From Spirochaetia bacterium (lineage in GTDB: Bacteria; Spirochaetota; Spirochaetia; DSM-2461): a stretch of DNA of 64,000 nt. A model generated the notes under the pieces. It was not told the origin of the DNA. It saw only the letters and a list, made by a program, of their open reading frames with translations, and searched no databases. The first letter of the stretch is position 1; each line of letters opens with the position of its first letter. Shown here piece after piece: positions 1 through 10,741 of the stretch. The position numbers and the translations under genes were made by a program. The stretch is from the NCBI GenBank assembly GCA_963666985.2, contig CAXXIA010000001.1:1184001-1248000 (forward strand), given 5' to 3'.

Positions 1-24
1 GATGGACGCAGTCATCATAAGTCT

Positions 25-2002
25 TTACATCTCACTCAATTCATCGAGGTTGACTCTCCGCTTACCGCGGGAGCGAGGAGTTACATCGGCTTTGCCCTTC
101 GGCTTGGCGGAGTCCGTTTCATTCTTGGACTTGATGGCCTCGGCATACTGATTCTGCACAGGCGCAACGGGCTCTTCGGCCGAGAAGCTCTGATTGATAT
201 CGCTTCTCACCGTGGAACGGCGGCGCTTGAAGGAGGCGAATGCCGCATCCTGGAATCCCTTGGAAACACCGTTAAGGAACTCATTTAAGACGTTGGCCAT
301 GGCGTTCAAGACATAGCGCTTGCGCTTAATGCTGGTAATGTCCACGTCCAGAATAAGACCCGGCTGAATATGATAGGGGTTGATGGAGTAATCAAAACTC
401 TCGAACTGTCTCTCGAGGAAATCGATTCTCTTATCCAATTCAACCCGTATCTTGGGATTCTCATATCCGAAAGTCATGTTGACTTTCTCACGGGCGGCCC
501 GAATCATCTTCTTCAGCAGATCCTTTTCATAAAGGTAAGTCTGATTCAGCCTCTCGACATCGGTATCGTCGGCTTTGAGTTCAAGAATCTCGTTCCAGAG
601 TTTCTCCTGCTCTTCATAAATGGGATCGCCGTTCTTCTCCTTCATTTTCTTAACCTTGCCGCTCACTTTGTCGGCCAGGTCGTCGAAATCGTTGACGGCT
701 CCCCATCCCTTCTTATTGTCCTGATAAACAACCTCGGCGATATCATAGACACGCTGAATTTCCAGAGCGTACTGCTCCATCTGCTTATCGTAGGCCCCGC
801 GCAAATTCTCAAGCTGACCGTTGTCGTAGAACTTCAGCTTCATCTGATAGCGTTCATCGGGAAGACGTGTCGGATCGACATCCTCGTATTCACGAACAAT
901 CAGTTCGCGGGCGTTCTTGAGGTTTTCGATGTACTGATAACCCATTTTGGAGGTATCGAGGATGGAGGTAAGATTATTAACCGCCGTATTGAAGCCGCGG
1001 TTCCGGATATTTTCGATGTCGATAATCCTCTTGATATTCTCACGAATATTCTGAGGATCGAATTCCTCCGGATCAATCTCCGCACGCAGACCTTCAATCT
1101 TTTCGACAAGATTCTTGGCCATGAACGTATAGCGCCTGGAATCCTCGTCGTCCTTGTCGTCGTCGGTAAACTCGGGAACCCTCTTGATTCTTTCGAACAT
1201 CAGTTCGGTATCGGACAGTTCCTCTTTGCCCTCATCGACAAGCTGATCCTGATATGCTTCGATTTCACGATCGATCATGTCGGTGATGGTCTTGGAAATC
1301 TGATCCTTGATGATGTTCTCAACGGTGGACTGATACTGAAAAATCGGGCTGATCAGTTCCGAATCGAGGATGTTGATGGACAGCTTCACATCGCTAACCG
1401 TCTTCGGCTTGAACTGATTGTCCTTGAAGGAACACTTAACAACCGAATAAGCGTTCTCTCCGCGGATAAAGGCGCCGACATCGGTTTTCTGCCGAAGCAG
1501 GGAGTTGGTCTCGTTTTCAAGATCGTTCATTCCCCGCTGAACATGTCCCTGAAGGTGGCCGTACATGTTCACGATGGACTTTTCGATTTCACCGGTGTTG
1601 AACTTATCCGCGCCGCCGACCTGATCCAGCAGTTCGGACATTTCCTTGGGTGTGTAGCGGGCAAGGTTCTTCGTCTCTTCCTTGTCGACGAACTGGCGAA
1701 CCTTTTTCACCATTTCGTCTTCAGTCGTGACGATGTACCGGTTGAACATGTTCTGATAGTTCTGGTTGAAGTAGTTGTAAACTTTTTCCTTCAATCCGCC
1801 CATAACTTCGAGTTCACTCAGAACTTCTTGAGGCAGCTTTGTCTGTACTGTGTTTGACGACTTTGTCAGCTTCTTCGTTGATTAGCTGATCGTACTCAGC
1901 TTTTTGATCGCGTCCCTCTTGTGCGAGGGAGTTGCGCGAACCGACGGCCGAAGGTTTCGTCGGGTGAAATACGTTTGGGCTTTTGGGAAGGTCACCAGCC
2001 AT
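25..2002 (-). CDS. cfpA: Cytoplasmic filament protein CfpA, ~658 aa once a +1 frameshift near 1853-1855 is corrected
   Basis: ORF 1814..2002 ([25 protein letters not shown]) and ORF 25..1803 ([23 protein letters not shown]) resemble consecutive parts of treponemal CfpA. Removing one A joins them as ...[35 protein letters not shown] precedes the start. Confidence 0.92.
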
Positions 2003-2068
2003 ATGATTCTCCTTAGATCGATGGTTTGAGCTTCACGGATAACGTAAATCCGCGAGTTGTCTTACGAA

Positions 2069-2096
2069 ATTATATCCCCGCCATACGGTTTGTCAA
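2069..2096 (-). promoter_or_regulatory. sigma70-type promoter of cfpA
   Basis: Minus strand reads TTGACA-16 nt-TATAAT, ~65 nt upstream of the cfpA ATG. Confidence 0.85.
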
Positions 2097-2162
2097 AAGA
2101 CAAAGGCTATAAAAAACCGTCCTTTATTCATGAAATGCGGGACATTTAGCATTTTTTTGCCG

Positions 2163-4836
2163 TTACAGCAATTTTTCCGCCGCCATCCTCCTCATTGCTT
2201 GTGCTTTTGATTCCTCCGCAATTTTTTTAAGAACACTGCGAGCTTCACGTTTTTCATCTTCCGTGGAACTCGTATCATCCAATACGGAGAGGGCCTTATC
2301 GAAGGCTCTTTTATCTTCATCAACACCCAGCCGAACCTGCCTTGCCGCCAGGAACCAGATGGTGTCGCCTTTGCGAATCACATAATCTTCACCGCTGGGC
2401 ATTTCCAAATGATTGCCCGGATAAATCCAATCGGGATCGGCGCCGGTGAAGACGCGATAATCAAGATCTTTAAATCCGTTGAGAACGGCTATTTCATTGG
2501 CCGCGAGATGAATGTCGGCCTCCGTGATGCGAACGCCGTCGACCGTCAGATATGTTTCAATTTCCTGAGGAGTTCGAGGGGCTTTGTCGGAATCGACTAT
2601 GGTTGGTTCTTCCGGTTTCGTTATTATCGGTTCATCCTCTTCGTTCCGGTCCTCCCGCCCGGTTGAACTCACCTCTCCTTCCGACCCGCCTTGTTCCGCA
2701 GGTCCGCCTTCTCCGGTCGGATCATCCGGTTTCGTTATTGTCGGGCCATCCTGTTCATCCTGGTCGTCCCGCCCGGCCGAACTTATGTTTCCTTCAGATT
2801 CGCCTTGTTCCGCCGATGGCTGTTCGGCGGCAGATTCATTTTTATTTCCCCGAAGAACGCTTTCCCAAGGAGCGGAACCCGACAAATCCCAAGCGATGAA
2901 TCCGCCGATTAAAAGAAGAAGCAATAAAAGAAGGATCCACAGCCAAGTTCGTTTTTTTTCCGCGCCCGCCGCTCTTTTTTCCGCCTTTTGCGCTTTTTGA
3001 ACCGTGTGCATCCGATGTTGAATCGCGTCCGGAACCTTGCTGATCGGCGGAGGATGAGGAGGAAGAACGACCCGCATGATCGGCCGATGATGAGCCGGAG
3101 GTTTCCGATTCAGCCTCTTTCTTTCGTGTTTTCTCCTCGGCTTTCCGCTCCTCTTCCGGTTTTCTCAGCAAGGCGATCTGCTCTTCGGAGAGCGGTCCTT
3201 CCCCGCCCTCATCAAGACTCCGGATTAAGGCAAGAAGCCGTTCCTCATCCTGTTTCCACGGAGTCTCGTTCAAAGACGCGATTTCATGAATACGATCGTT
3301 GATTTCTTCCGCGGCTTTCACATCCGCCGGAACAAATCCTCTCTTTGCGACTTTCCAGAAGAGACGGGGGCTTGCGCCCAAATACAAATCACCCCAAAGA
3401 GGCAAGACCGGATTCGGACTTCCCATCTTGACCAAAAGCGCGGTGAGAATTTCGCCGATCTGCTGCGCGCATTTCGCCAAAGCATGCCCATCACCGGCTT
3501 TATTCTTCAGAACATCCGCCACGGTTACGGCATTGGCAACGAAGAACCATAAAGGGCTTCCGTTTTTCGGATCGCATCTTTTCGCGGCGTCTTTAACCTG
3601 CTGGACAGTCTGCTTCAGCAGAGGAGCGACCGAGACTTTTTCGGCCGCGATGTCGTCACTCAAGATTTTAAGAACCTTTTCCGTCAGAGTCGCGAGATGA
3701 ACCTCATCCTCTCCGAAATGATTCTTGAGATTCCCGAATATGGAAGAGAGGAATTTCTCAATCAATTGATTCTCGGGGAATTGCCCTCCGATAAAATTGA
3801 TCGGATAACCCCTGGGAGGCGTTACGGAGAAAGAGCCGCTTTCGGAAACAACCGAAAGAGATCCTTCCCGAATACCGACGCTTACACCCTTATCCGTCGG
3901 ACCGCCGAAGGAAATCTCAGGAAGTCCGGCTCTGTGTACCATCCAAACATTCTCTTTACGGCTTATGATGGAATCTCTGAACGTCGCTTTCTTGCGGCCG
4001 GAAACATCCGTTACTTCCAGCGTTGCCGGAACATCGCCCCTTTCGGGAAAAAGCAGACGGAGCTTTCTCAAAAGTTCGGGCTCGGAAGAAAGAACCCGAA
4101 GAGTTTTCTTTCGCTGCCGCATCCGCTTAATAAAACCAATGAACACGGCCGCTTCGTGAGAATCCATGTTCGCACCGGTCAAATCGTAAGCGGAAGATGT
4201 AATGAAGTCGGGATCAACTCCGTCATCCATAAGCTTCGCGACAAATCCGGGGTGCGCGGTGATGGAAAGAAGATCTCCCCCTTCGTACCAAAAACAGTTT
4301 CCATCGGCCAGGACAACTCCCGGTCCGCCGAAGTCCTGCTTGATGTATCGAAGAGGATTCCTTAAAAACTCAGCTTTGGCCTGTTCATAGAGCCGAACGA
4401 AATGGCCGTCGTCCTTTTCCCGTTTATGAAGATCGAAGATAACCTGTTCGTCGTAGCGCAGATGAATATTTCCGCTGGAATAAAACCAGACCATGTGGCG
4501 TTTCTCGCCGTCTTTTACCTTGCGGTAATCGGTCACTTCGTCCGTGGGCAGATCGAAGCTCTTGAAAAAAACGCTTCATGATTCCGACGACTTTCGTATC
4601 GCCGAGATAGAGTCCTTTACATTTGGGAACGTTCAAAATTTCCAGAAGAGGGTTCCCGACATGGTCATCTGTTATAACGGTCGTGGATATGACGTTATGG
4701 ACTTCGTCCGGAATCTCCGCGTATTTCCAATTCGAAGAAAGGGACGAACATCATCTCTTTCCTTACCGAGGTACACGATATAACACTCTCGGCCGATGCG
4801 GAAAATCCGTGATTCGGGAACGATGGGGTCGGACAT
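2163..4836 (-). CDS. Large single-pass membrane protein with C-terminal LysM-like domain (~890 aa, split by three single-base frameshifts)
   Basis: ORFs 4672..4920 (from Met at 4836, RBS GAGGAAG), 4424..4636, 2842..4536 and 2163..3077 join into one frame by correcting indels at ~4717, 4565-4571 (A7) and 2952-2959 (T8). TM segment TWLWILLLLLLLLIGGFIAW; LysM-like DPDWIYPGNHLEMP and YVIRKGDTIWFLA. Confidence 0.75.
2601..2813. repeat. Imperfect in-frame tandem duplication, 114 bp period (38 aa)
   Basis: 2601-2699 and 2715-2813 align: AEQGESEGNISSAGRDDQDEQDGPTITKPDDPT vs AEQGGSEGEVSSTGREDRNEEDEPIITKPEEPT. Confidence 0.9.
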
Positions 4837-4948
4837 GTTCAGTCTTCCTCGTTGTTTGATGGGATACGCGAATACCGTATTATTATAGTCTCGGCCGCCG
4901 AGCACACGCAAGCGCGGCATGATTTCAGCCGATACCGTTCGTCAAAAT

Positions 4949-6438
4949 TCATTTATGCCTCGGTAGTACAAAAGGCTGCAGGGGCCAAAGCGGAGGATCT
5001 CCGATATCGCCCTTGGCATCCCGATCAGCCATCCTGATAAGATAAGCGATAAGATCGCGTATCCATCCGATAAGTCCCAGTGCCTCCGATGTCAGTTTAT
5101 CACTATTAATCATTAATTCTTCCACTTCTTTCGAAGCCAGAGACGTTCCGAATAATTTTATCAGACCGGCTCCTTTCACCAATCCCTCTTCTCCGTCGGC
5201 CAAAGGTCCCAAAAAGCGTGCAGGGCGGGATTTGCCGATCCGGAAAGAGAAGCACCGGGAACCGAAGGTGTGCCGAAGATATGATCCGCCCTCACGGGTC
5301 CTGTAATATCGCGCCCCAAAGACAGGGCGACACAGGCGGCCATCCCCTCCAGCAGCGGACCGCAGCCGGCAAGGGCCGTGACAAAAGCGGCGGTCGCGGG
5401 CGGAACGGGCCGCCATCCCTCGACTTCCGGCGTATGAGGCTGATGATCCGATCCGTCAGGAACGGGCGTTTCGTAATAATGATCGACCAAAGCGGTTCGG
5501 AGGGCCCTGTAGCGCTCGGTCAAACGGCCGATAATCACGGCGGTTCGTCTGTACACATCGGGCTTTTTTCCGCCGACTTTCGCATGCTGCGCTCCCGGAG
5601 CCGCCGCGTCGCCCACCGCCCGGTCACACTTCCTGCAGGAAACGCAGGGTGTAAGATAAAGACGATTTTTCAAAGCGAACATCACCATGGAATGTTCCCG
5701 TTCGCTATCCGTAATCACCGTATTCTTGGGATAATCGATTTCCTCGTTCTCATCGCCGATACGGGATCCGATATTCTTCAGAAGATCCTCGGCCGCCGAA
5801 TCCCGTCCGGGCGCTTCGCTTCGTTCCAGAAGATCATGAAGCGCGGCGCCGGCTTCACGGAGCAAATCCTTTTCCAGGGCGGGAGCCGTTCCGGCCAAGG
5901 CCGCCAGCGTTTCGGCCCGTCCGAAAAGAGCCTCCTCGTCGTCGGGTACCGCATGAGCCGCCTCATGGAACAAACCGAAGGCCTCCCAGTCTCGGCCCAG
6001 TCCGACCAGCAGCCTTCCGTGAGCCGCAAGAATCCGGCACTTCAAGTCTTTATCGTCTCCGCAAGAGGCGGCCGCCTCGGCATAGGCCTTCCGCGCGGGA
6101 GCCGTCTGGCGCCGTTCATACCAGCACCGCGCGCCGCCTTCCGATTCAGAAACGGCCAGGATGTTCGCCCGCAAATTCGCGACGTTGAACCAGTGAAGAG
6201 CCGTGAACGCGGGAACGGCCAAAATATCCCTGGCGTGATGCTCCAAAAGATACAGACCGTATTCGAGAATGGAAGAATCGCGAAGCGCGATTCCGGCATC
6301 GGCCATTAAGGCGATCTTTTCAAAAAGTTCATCCGGACGGCCGACGGGAACATCGACGATCCGAGTAAACGCCTCCCGAAATCCGCCTCGATCCATAACG
6401 GACCTTGCGGATTTGAGAGCTTCGGAGAACACACCCAT
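4949..6438 (-). CDS. TPR-containing protein with LA2681-like (HEPN-related) C-terminal region, ~496 aa, one frameshift near 5200
   Basis: ORF 5176..6486 (likely start Met 6438) joins the end of ORF 4949..5416 by adding one G (AFWDLWADGEEGLVKG). TPR-like helices; FALKNRLYLTP and ALGLIGWIRDLIAYL resemble LA2681-family segments. Confidence 0.55.
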
Positions 6439-6900
6439 ACAAGCCATTATAGCGCGGACGAAGAAAAATGAGCATTTTGAGAACACGGAAGAAAAAAAAG
6501 ATCGAAATCACTCCAACGGGTTGTTGAACGCTCCCTCTTTCGCGCTGAAAAAAAGCTGTTGGAAAGATTTTCTTCGCAGATAGCAGGCAGGACCCGCATC
6601 TTGCCGGCGCCGGACGGCCAAGGATGGCTCTGTGAAACAGAAACAGTTTGGACATCAGCAGAGCCGATGAGGATGAAGCAAAGCGGGCACAGAAAACTTA
6701 AACCGCAGTTTGGTTCCATGAGCATTTCTCATCCCCGCCTAACGCCGTACACCGGCATTGCCGGGAACTTCACTTCGTCGTCATCCACGGCCGGTGTATG
6801 TTTCTTAATGCGCCGCGACCCTGTTTACGGTCCATAAGCTCAAAATAAAACAACCGGAAGATGATGGTCATCATCGCTTGGGAATCTGTACAATTGCCGC

Positions 6901-7788
6901 GTGAAACACTACGTTCTTTTCCTTATTATTTTTCCGGTGCTTCTTTCAGGCTGCAGGCCATCCCGCATCGATTTCCTTTCCGGCACTCCGGTGAGCGAAT
7001 CGAAGATTCCCGATAAACAGTCCGCCGAACCTTCAAAGATTCATCCCTTCTTTGATTTCACCGACACAGACTTTCCTGCCCGGCTTAACGGATTGCCCTC
7101 CAAAGCCCTTTCGGAACCGCGGCGCTTTTTGGATTTAGTCTCCGGAATGCTCGCAATCCCTGAGGATTATCTTTTGCCCGTCGGTCATAATCTTCCGCTG
7201 GATCCCGAATATGAACCGACCGAACTCATCCGAATCAAATCACTGCCTGATGCGCCTCTTACCAAAGGCAAGCAAAAACTGGCCGCGCCTGTTGCCGAAG
7301 AATTGCTCCGCTTAACCCGGGCCGCATCGGAAGAGGGCATCCGGCTTATGATTCTTTCCGCGTACCGCTCCTGGAGCTATCAGGATACGGTATACAAAAG
7401 ACACATCCGGCTTTATGGAGAACAAGAGGCGAATACGATGTCTCTTCCGGCGGGAACCAGTCAGCATCAACTGGGTACAACCGTGGATTTCGGTTACACC
7501 AAATCTCCGAACGGCGGAGAATGGCGGTTTATCGAAGAGGGACACCCCGCGCAAGTTTGGCTTTCAAAGAACGCAGGGGATTTTGGGTGGAGTCTTTCGT
7601 ACCCGTCTTCGGAAAAAGGAAGCATTATGTATGAGCCCTGGCATTGGCGCTGGATCGGTGTTGAGGCGGTTGAAATGCAGGATGATTTTTTCGGCGGCGA
7701 CCAGGAAGCGCTCCTGGGATTCTGGGCTCAAAACTCCTCGGCTTTTGCCGAGGCTTTCATCGGCGACGCTTTGAGTGGTGCGGATTGA
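6901..7788 (+). CDS. M15B (VanY-like) D-alanyl-D-alanine carboxypeptidase lipoprotein
   Basis: Lipobox LSGC; SAYRS, SQHQLGTTVDF (SxHxxGxxxD) and YEPWHWRW motifs. Confidence 0.9.
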   Translation: MKHYVLFLIIFPVLLSGCRPSRIDFLSGTPVSESKIPDKQSAEPSKIHPFFDFTDTDFPARLNGLPSKALSEPRRFLDLVSGMLAIPEDYLLPVGHNLPLDPEYEPTELIRIKSLPDAPLTKGKQKLAAPVAEELLRLTRAASEEGIRLMILSAYRSWSYQDTVYKRHIRLYGEQEANTMSLPAGTSQHQLGTTVDFGYTKSPNGGEWRFIEEGHPAQVWLSKNAGDFGWSLSYPSSEKGSIMYEPWHWRWIGVEAVEMQDDFFGGDQEALLGFWAQNSSAFAEAFIGDALSGAD

Positions 7789-7995
7789 GCGAAGCCTCGA
7801 GTCTGAAATCTTCGCCGCTTTTCCAACAGCCTTAAATCGGCCGATCTCCCGTATCGACGCGGCGCCGGCGCCGGAGAGCGTGAAGAGCTCATCGCCTTCG
7901 GCGGCGTCCTTCAGGCGGGTTCGGCCATGTTCGATTCTTCGTTCAGGCCCCTCACGCTTATCGGCCGCCGGTTTATTTCGTAACGAATCGGACTT

Positions 7996-9087
7996 TTACT
8001 CAGAGAGAATATCGAGACGATAAGCCTCTTCGCCATTCACTTCCAAAATGATGCCGGTTCCCACAGGAACGACAAAGGGGAAGGTTATGCGCCCGCCCGG
8101 ATGCGGCATGGAAAAAACCCGCGTTCGATCTTTGCCGGGCTCCTTGATGAATGCCTCCAGTAAAACCGGAACGGGATACTCGGGCAGCGTGTAATCAAAA
8201 AGTCCATATCGGGATCCTTCCGCGACATGCTCAGGACGGCTGTAGCGAAGGACGACTCGGGCGTCCGGACCGACTTCGGTTTTCGGTTTGGGAGATTGAG
8301 AAGTTACCCTGGGAACCCACCCGGCAGGCGCCACATTATCCTCAAAGAAAAGGAACGGCAGAGGAATACGAGAAAGCGAATCCATGGTTCCGCCAACATT
8401 CCAATCGGTCCAATCCTGCAGCCGAATCGGCGTATCCATTTTTCCTCTGCTGGCGATGAGTATAAGATCCCGCGGTTCGGAGAGAGGTGTTCCGGAGGGA
8501 GGATATTGGGCCAGAATCGTTCCGGGCTCCGAATCGTCATAAACATAAGAAACAGGCTCCCTGATGATAAGAAGCGGTTCGTGCGTTGAGAAAAGCGAGG
8601 CCAAGCGCCCCTGTACCTCGGTTACGGTTTTCCCCACGAAGTCTTCCACGTTATCCACGATGGCGCCGCGGCTGACGGTAACGATGATGCGCCTTCCGGC
8701 TTTCACGTAGAGACCGGGCCCCGGATCCTGGGAGAGCACCATGCCTTTGTCCGCGGGATTGTTCGTATATTTAATCTGAAGCCGCGGATAGAGCTCCCTT
8801 TCCTGCAGTTTTATCAGCGCTTCGGTGAGTTCCAATCCCCTCACCTCCGGTACGACGGTTTTCTCGGCGCCCCGTACCGACAGGAAAAACACGGCGATGA
8901 AAAAAAACATCATCACCAGGAACGATCCCCCGATAACCAGAAGCGCCTTCTGAAAATACCGGCGCTCGGTCGGATCGTCGGGCTGAACCGACAGGGAATC
9001 GTCCACCGCGGAAGAGGTGTTCGGAATGGGAACTTTGGAATTTTTCTTCTCGGTGCCGGTTTCTTTCTTTTTCTTTGCGGGAATCAT
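7996..9087 (-). CDS. PASTA domain-containing membrane protein
   Basis: One TM then repeated VPEVRG...VLSQDPGPG / ILAQYPPSG / VTSQSPKP motifs; follows def-fmt. Confidence 0.85.
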   Translation of the reverse strand: MIPAKKKKETGTEKKNSKVPIPNTSSAVDDSLSVQPDDPTERRYFQKALLVIGGSFLVMMFFFIAVFFLSVRGAEKTVVPEVRGLELTEALIKLQERELYPRLQIKYTNNPADKGMVLSQDPGPGLYVKAGRRIIVTVSRGAIVDNVEDFVGKTVTEVQGRLASLFSTHEPLLIIREPVSYVYDDSEPGTILAQYPPSGTPLSEPRDLILIASRGKMDTPIRLQDWTDWNVGGTMDSLSRIPLPFLFFEDNVAPAGWVPRVTSQSPKPKTEVGPDARVVLRYSRPEHVAEGSRYGLFDYTLPEYPVPVLLEAFIKEPGKDRTRVFSMPHPGGRITFPFVVPVGTGIILEVNGEEAYRLDILSE

Positions 9088-10136
9088 CGGTACTCTCCCA
9101 GTATGGTGCCGGCATCCAGAGCGATGCCGTTAAGGAAGGATCGGAAATCCAAGGGCTTCCGGCCCGCCGCCTGAAGCCGCGTTACGGCCAGGATGCCTTC
9201 CCCCGTTTGTATCAGGATACCTCTCGATTTGTCCACTCCCAGTACCGTCCCCGGCAATAGTGCGCCCGCGGGAGCTTCCCCGCCGATTGGTTTTCCGGGG
9301 GTTTCGGACCGTGAAGAGTGACCGGCGGCGGCCGGTTCGGACCCGATTTCGGCAATGCCGGAAACCCCGCCCGCCGCGGCATCCGTAAAATCCGCCGGTG
9401 ACGCTTCCAAAAGAGCAAGAGGCGCCCCTTTGTGCGTCGTTACGGCCCGAGGCCAGGGAGTATAGGCCCGAATCATGCGCTCAATCCGAACCGCCGGCAA
9501 TGTCCAGTCGACGATACCGTCTTCTTTCTTTACCAGTCGGCAATAAACGGCGGCCGCATCCTCTTGAGGCACATCGACGGCTTTTCCTTCTTCAATATCC
9601 CTGATTGCGGCCGTAAGTTCACCCGCCGCGGCTTGGGCTACCGCTTCGGTTAAAGAAGCGCTCGTCTCGGTTCCGTTCAAGGGAAAAGGAGTTTGCCTGA
9701 TGATATCTCCCGCATCCATTTCGCGGGAAATCCTCTGAACCGTCAGAGCCGTTTCGGCATCTCCGGCCAAAAGAACCGCCGTAATCGGAGAAGGCCCTCG
9801 GTATTTGGGCAGGGCCGAGGGGTGCATGTTGATCCCGCCAAGCGGAAAGAGCGAAAGATACTTCGGCCCGAAGATGCGTCCGTAGGCGAACACAACCAAA
9901 AGATCGGCGCCCAAATCGGCGGTCAGAGAGCGTGCTTCGGCTCCGAGACGCTCCGGCTGAAGAACGTTCAATCCCAGTTCTTCGGCCGCCGCTTTCACCG
10001 GAGAAGGCGTTAATGATCTGCCCCGTCCGGAGACTTTATCCGGCGCGGTTAAAACCCCGACAACATCGAATTCCTCGGCCGCGGCCTTTAAAGAAGGAAC
10101 GGCGATTTCGGGTGTCCCGGCAAAAAGAATTTTCAT
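9084..10136 (-). CDS. fmt: Methionyl-tRNA formyltransferase
   Basis: MKILFAGTPEIA, INMHPSALPKYRGPSPI and MDAGDI motifs. Confidence 0.97.
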   Translation of the reverse strand: MKILFAGTPEIAVPSLKAAAEEFDVVGVLTAPDKVSGRGRSLTPSPVKAAAEELGLNVLQPERLGAEARSLTADLGADLLVVFAYGRIFGPKYLSLFPLGGINMHPSALPKYRGPSPITAVLLAGDAETALTVQRISREMDAGDIIRQTPFPLNGTETSASLTEAVAQAAAGELTAAIRDIEEGKAVDVPQEDAAAVYCRLVKKEDGIVDWTLPAVRIERMIRAYTPWPRAVTTHKGAPLALLEASPADFTDAAAGGVSGIAEIGSEPAAAGHSSRSETPGKPIGGEAPAGALLPGTVLGVDKSRGILIQTGEGILAVTRLQAAGRKPLDFRSFLNGIALDAGTILGEYR

Positions 10137-10645
10137 CCGGCCTCGGGATACCGTTCAGGTGAAACATCGAATTTGGAAAGAATCTTCTTTCGCTTGCGCT
10201 CCGAAAGATGATCGACAAACAGCACACCGTTCAGATGATCGAGTTCGTGCTGGATAACGGTGGCCCAAATACCCGTTGCTTCCATGGTGAAGGGACGTCC
10301 TTTCAGATTCCAGGCCTGAACCTGAATTTTCGCGGGCCTATCCACATCGGCGTACTGGCCGGGAAGGCTCAGGCATCCTTCCTCATAAGACGAGAGTTCC
10401 GGGCTGGTGGCCGTAATTTCCGGATTGATGAAAACCACAGGATCATCTTCGCCGACTTTCACGGTGAAAATTCGTTCCAAACGGCCCACCTGAGGTCCCG
10501 CCAGTCCGACGCCTTTTCCCAGAATCATTGTCTCTATCATCTCCTCCGCGACCTTCGCAAGCGCCCCGTCGATATTATGAACGGGTTCGGCGATACGCCG
10601 GAGTATTTGAAGCTGCTCTTCAATTCCTACTGTATAGATTTCCAT
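10133..10645 (-). CDS. def: Peptide deformylase
   Basis: GVGLAGPQVG, EGCLS and QHELDHLNG motifs. Confidence 0.98.
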   Translation of the reverse strand: MEIYTVGIEEQLQILRRIAEPVHNIDGALAKVAEEMIETMILGKGVGLAGPQVGRLERIFTVKVGEDDPVVFINPEITATSPELSSYEEGCLSLPGQYADVDRPAKIQVQAWNLKGRPFTMEATGIWATVIQHELDHLNGVLFVDHLSERKRKKILSKFDVSPERYPEAG

Positions 10646-10741
10646 AAAAGGAAATTTATCACATCCGGCAACTCGTAGAAAGTCGGTCCTGATACGGGAT
10701 GATTCTTGGCCTTTCCATCCGCCTATGGTATATCAATTATT

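Noticed and set aside
370..1857. 495 aa plus-strand ORF
   Set aside because: Antisense shadow of cfpA with no recognisable motifs.
6901..7788. Vancomycin resistance locus
   Set aside because: Lone M15B carboxypeptidase without vanHAX or vanRS; likely housekeeping.
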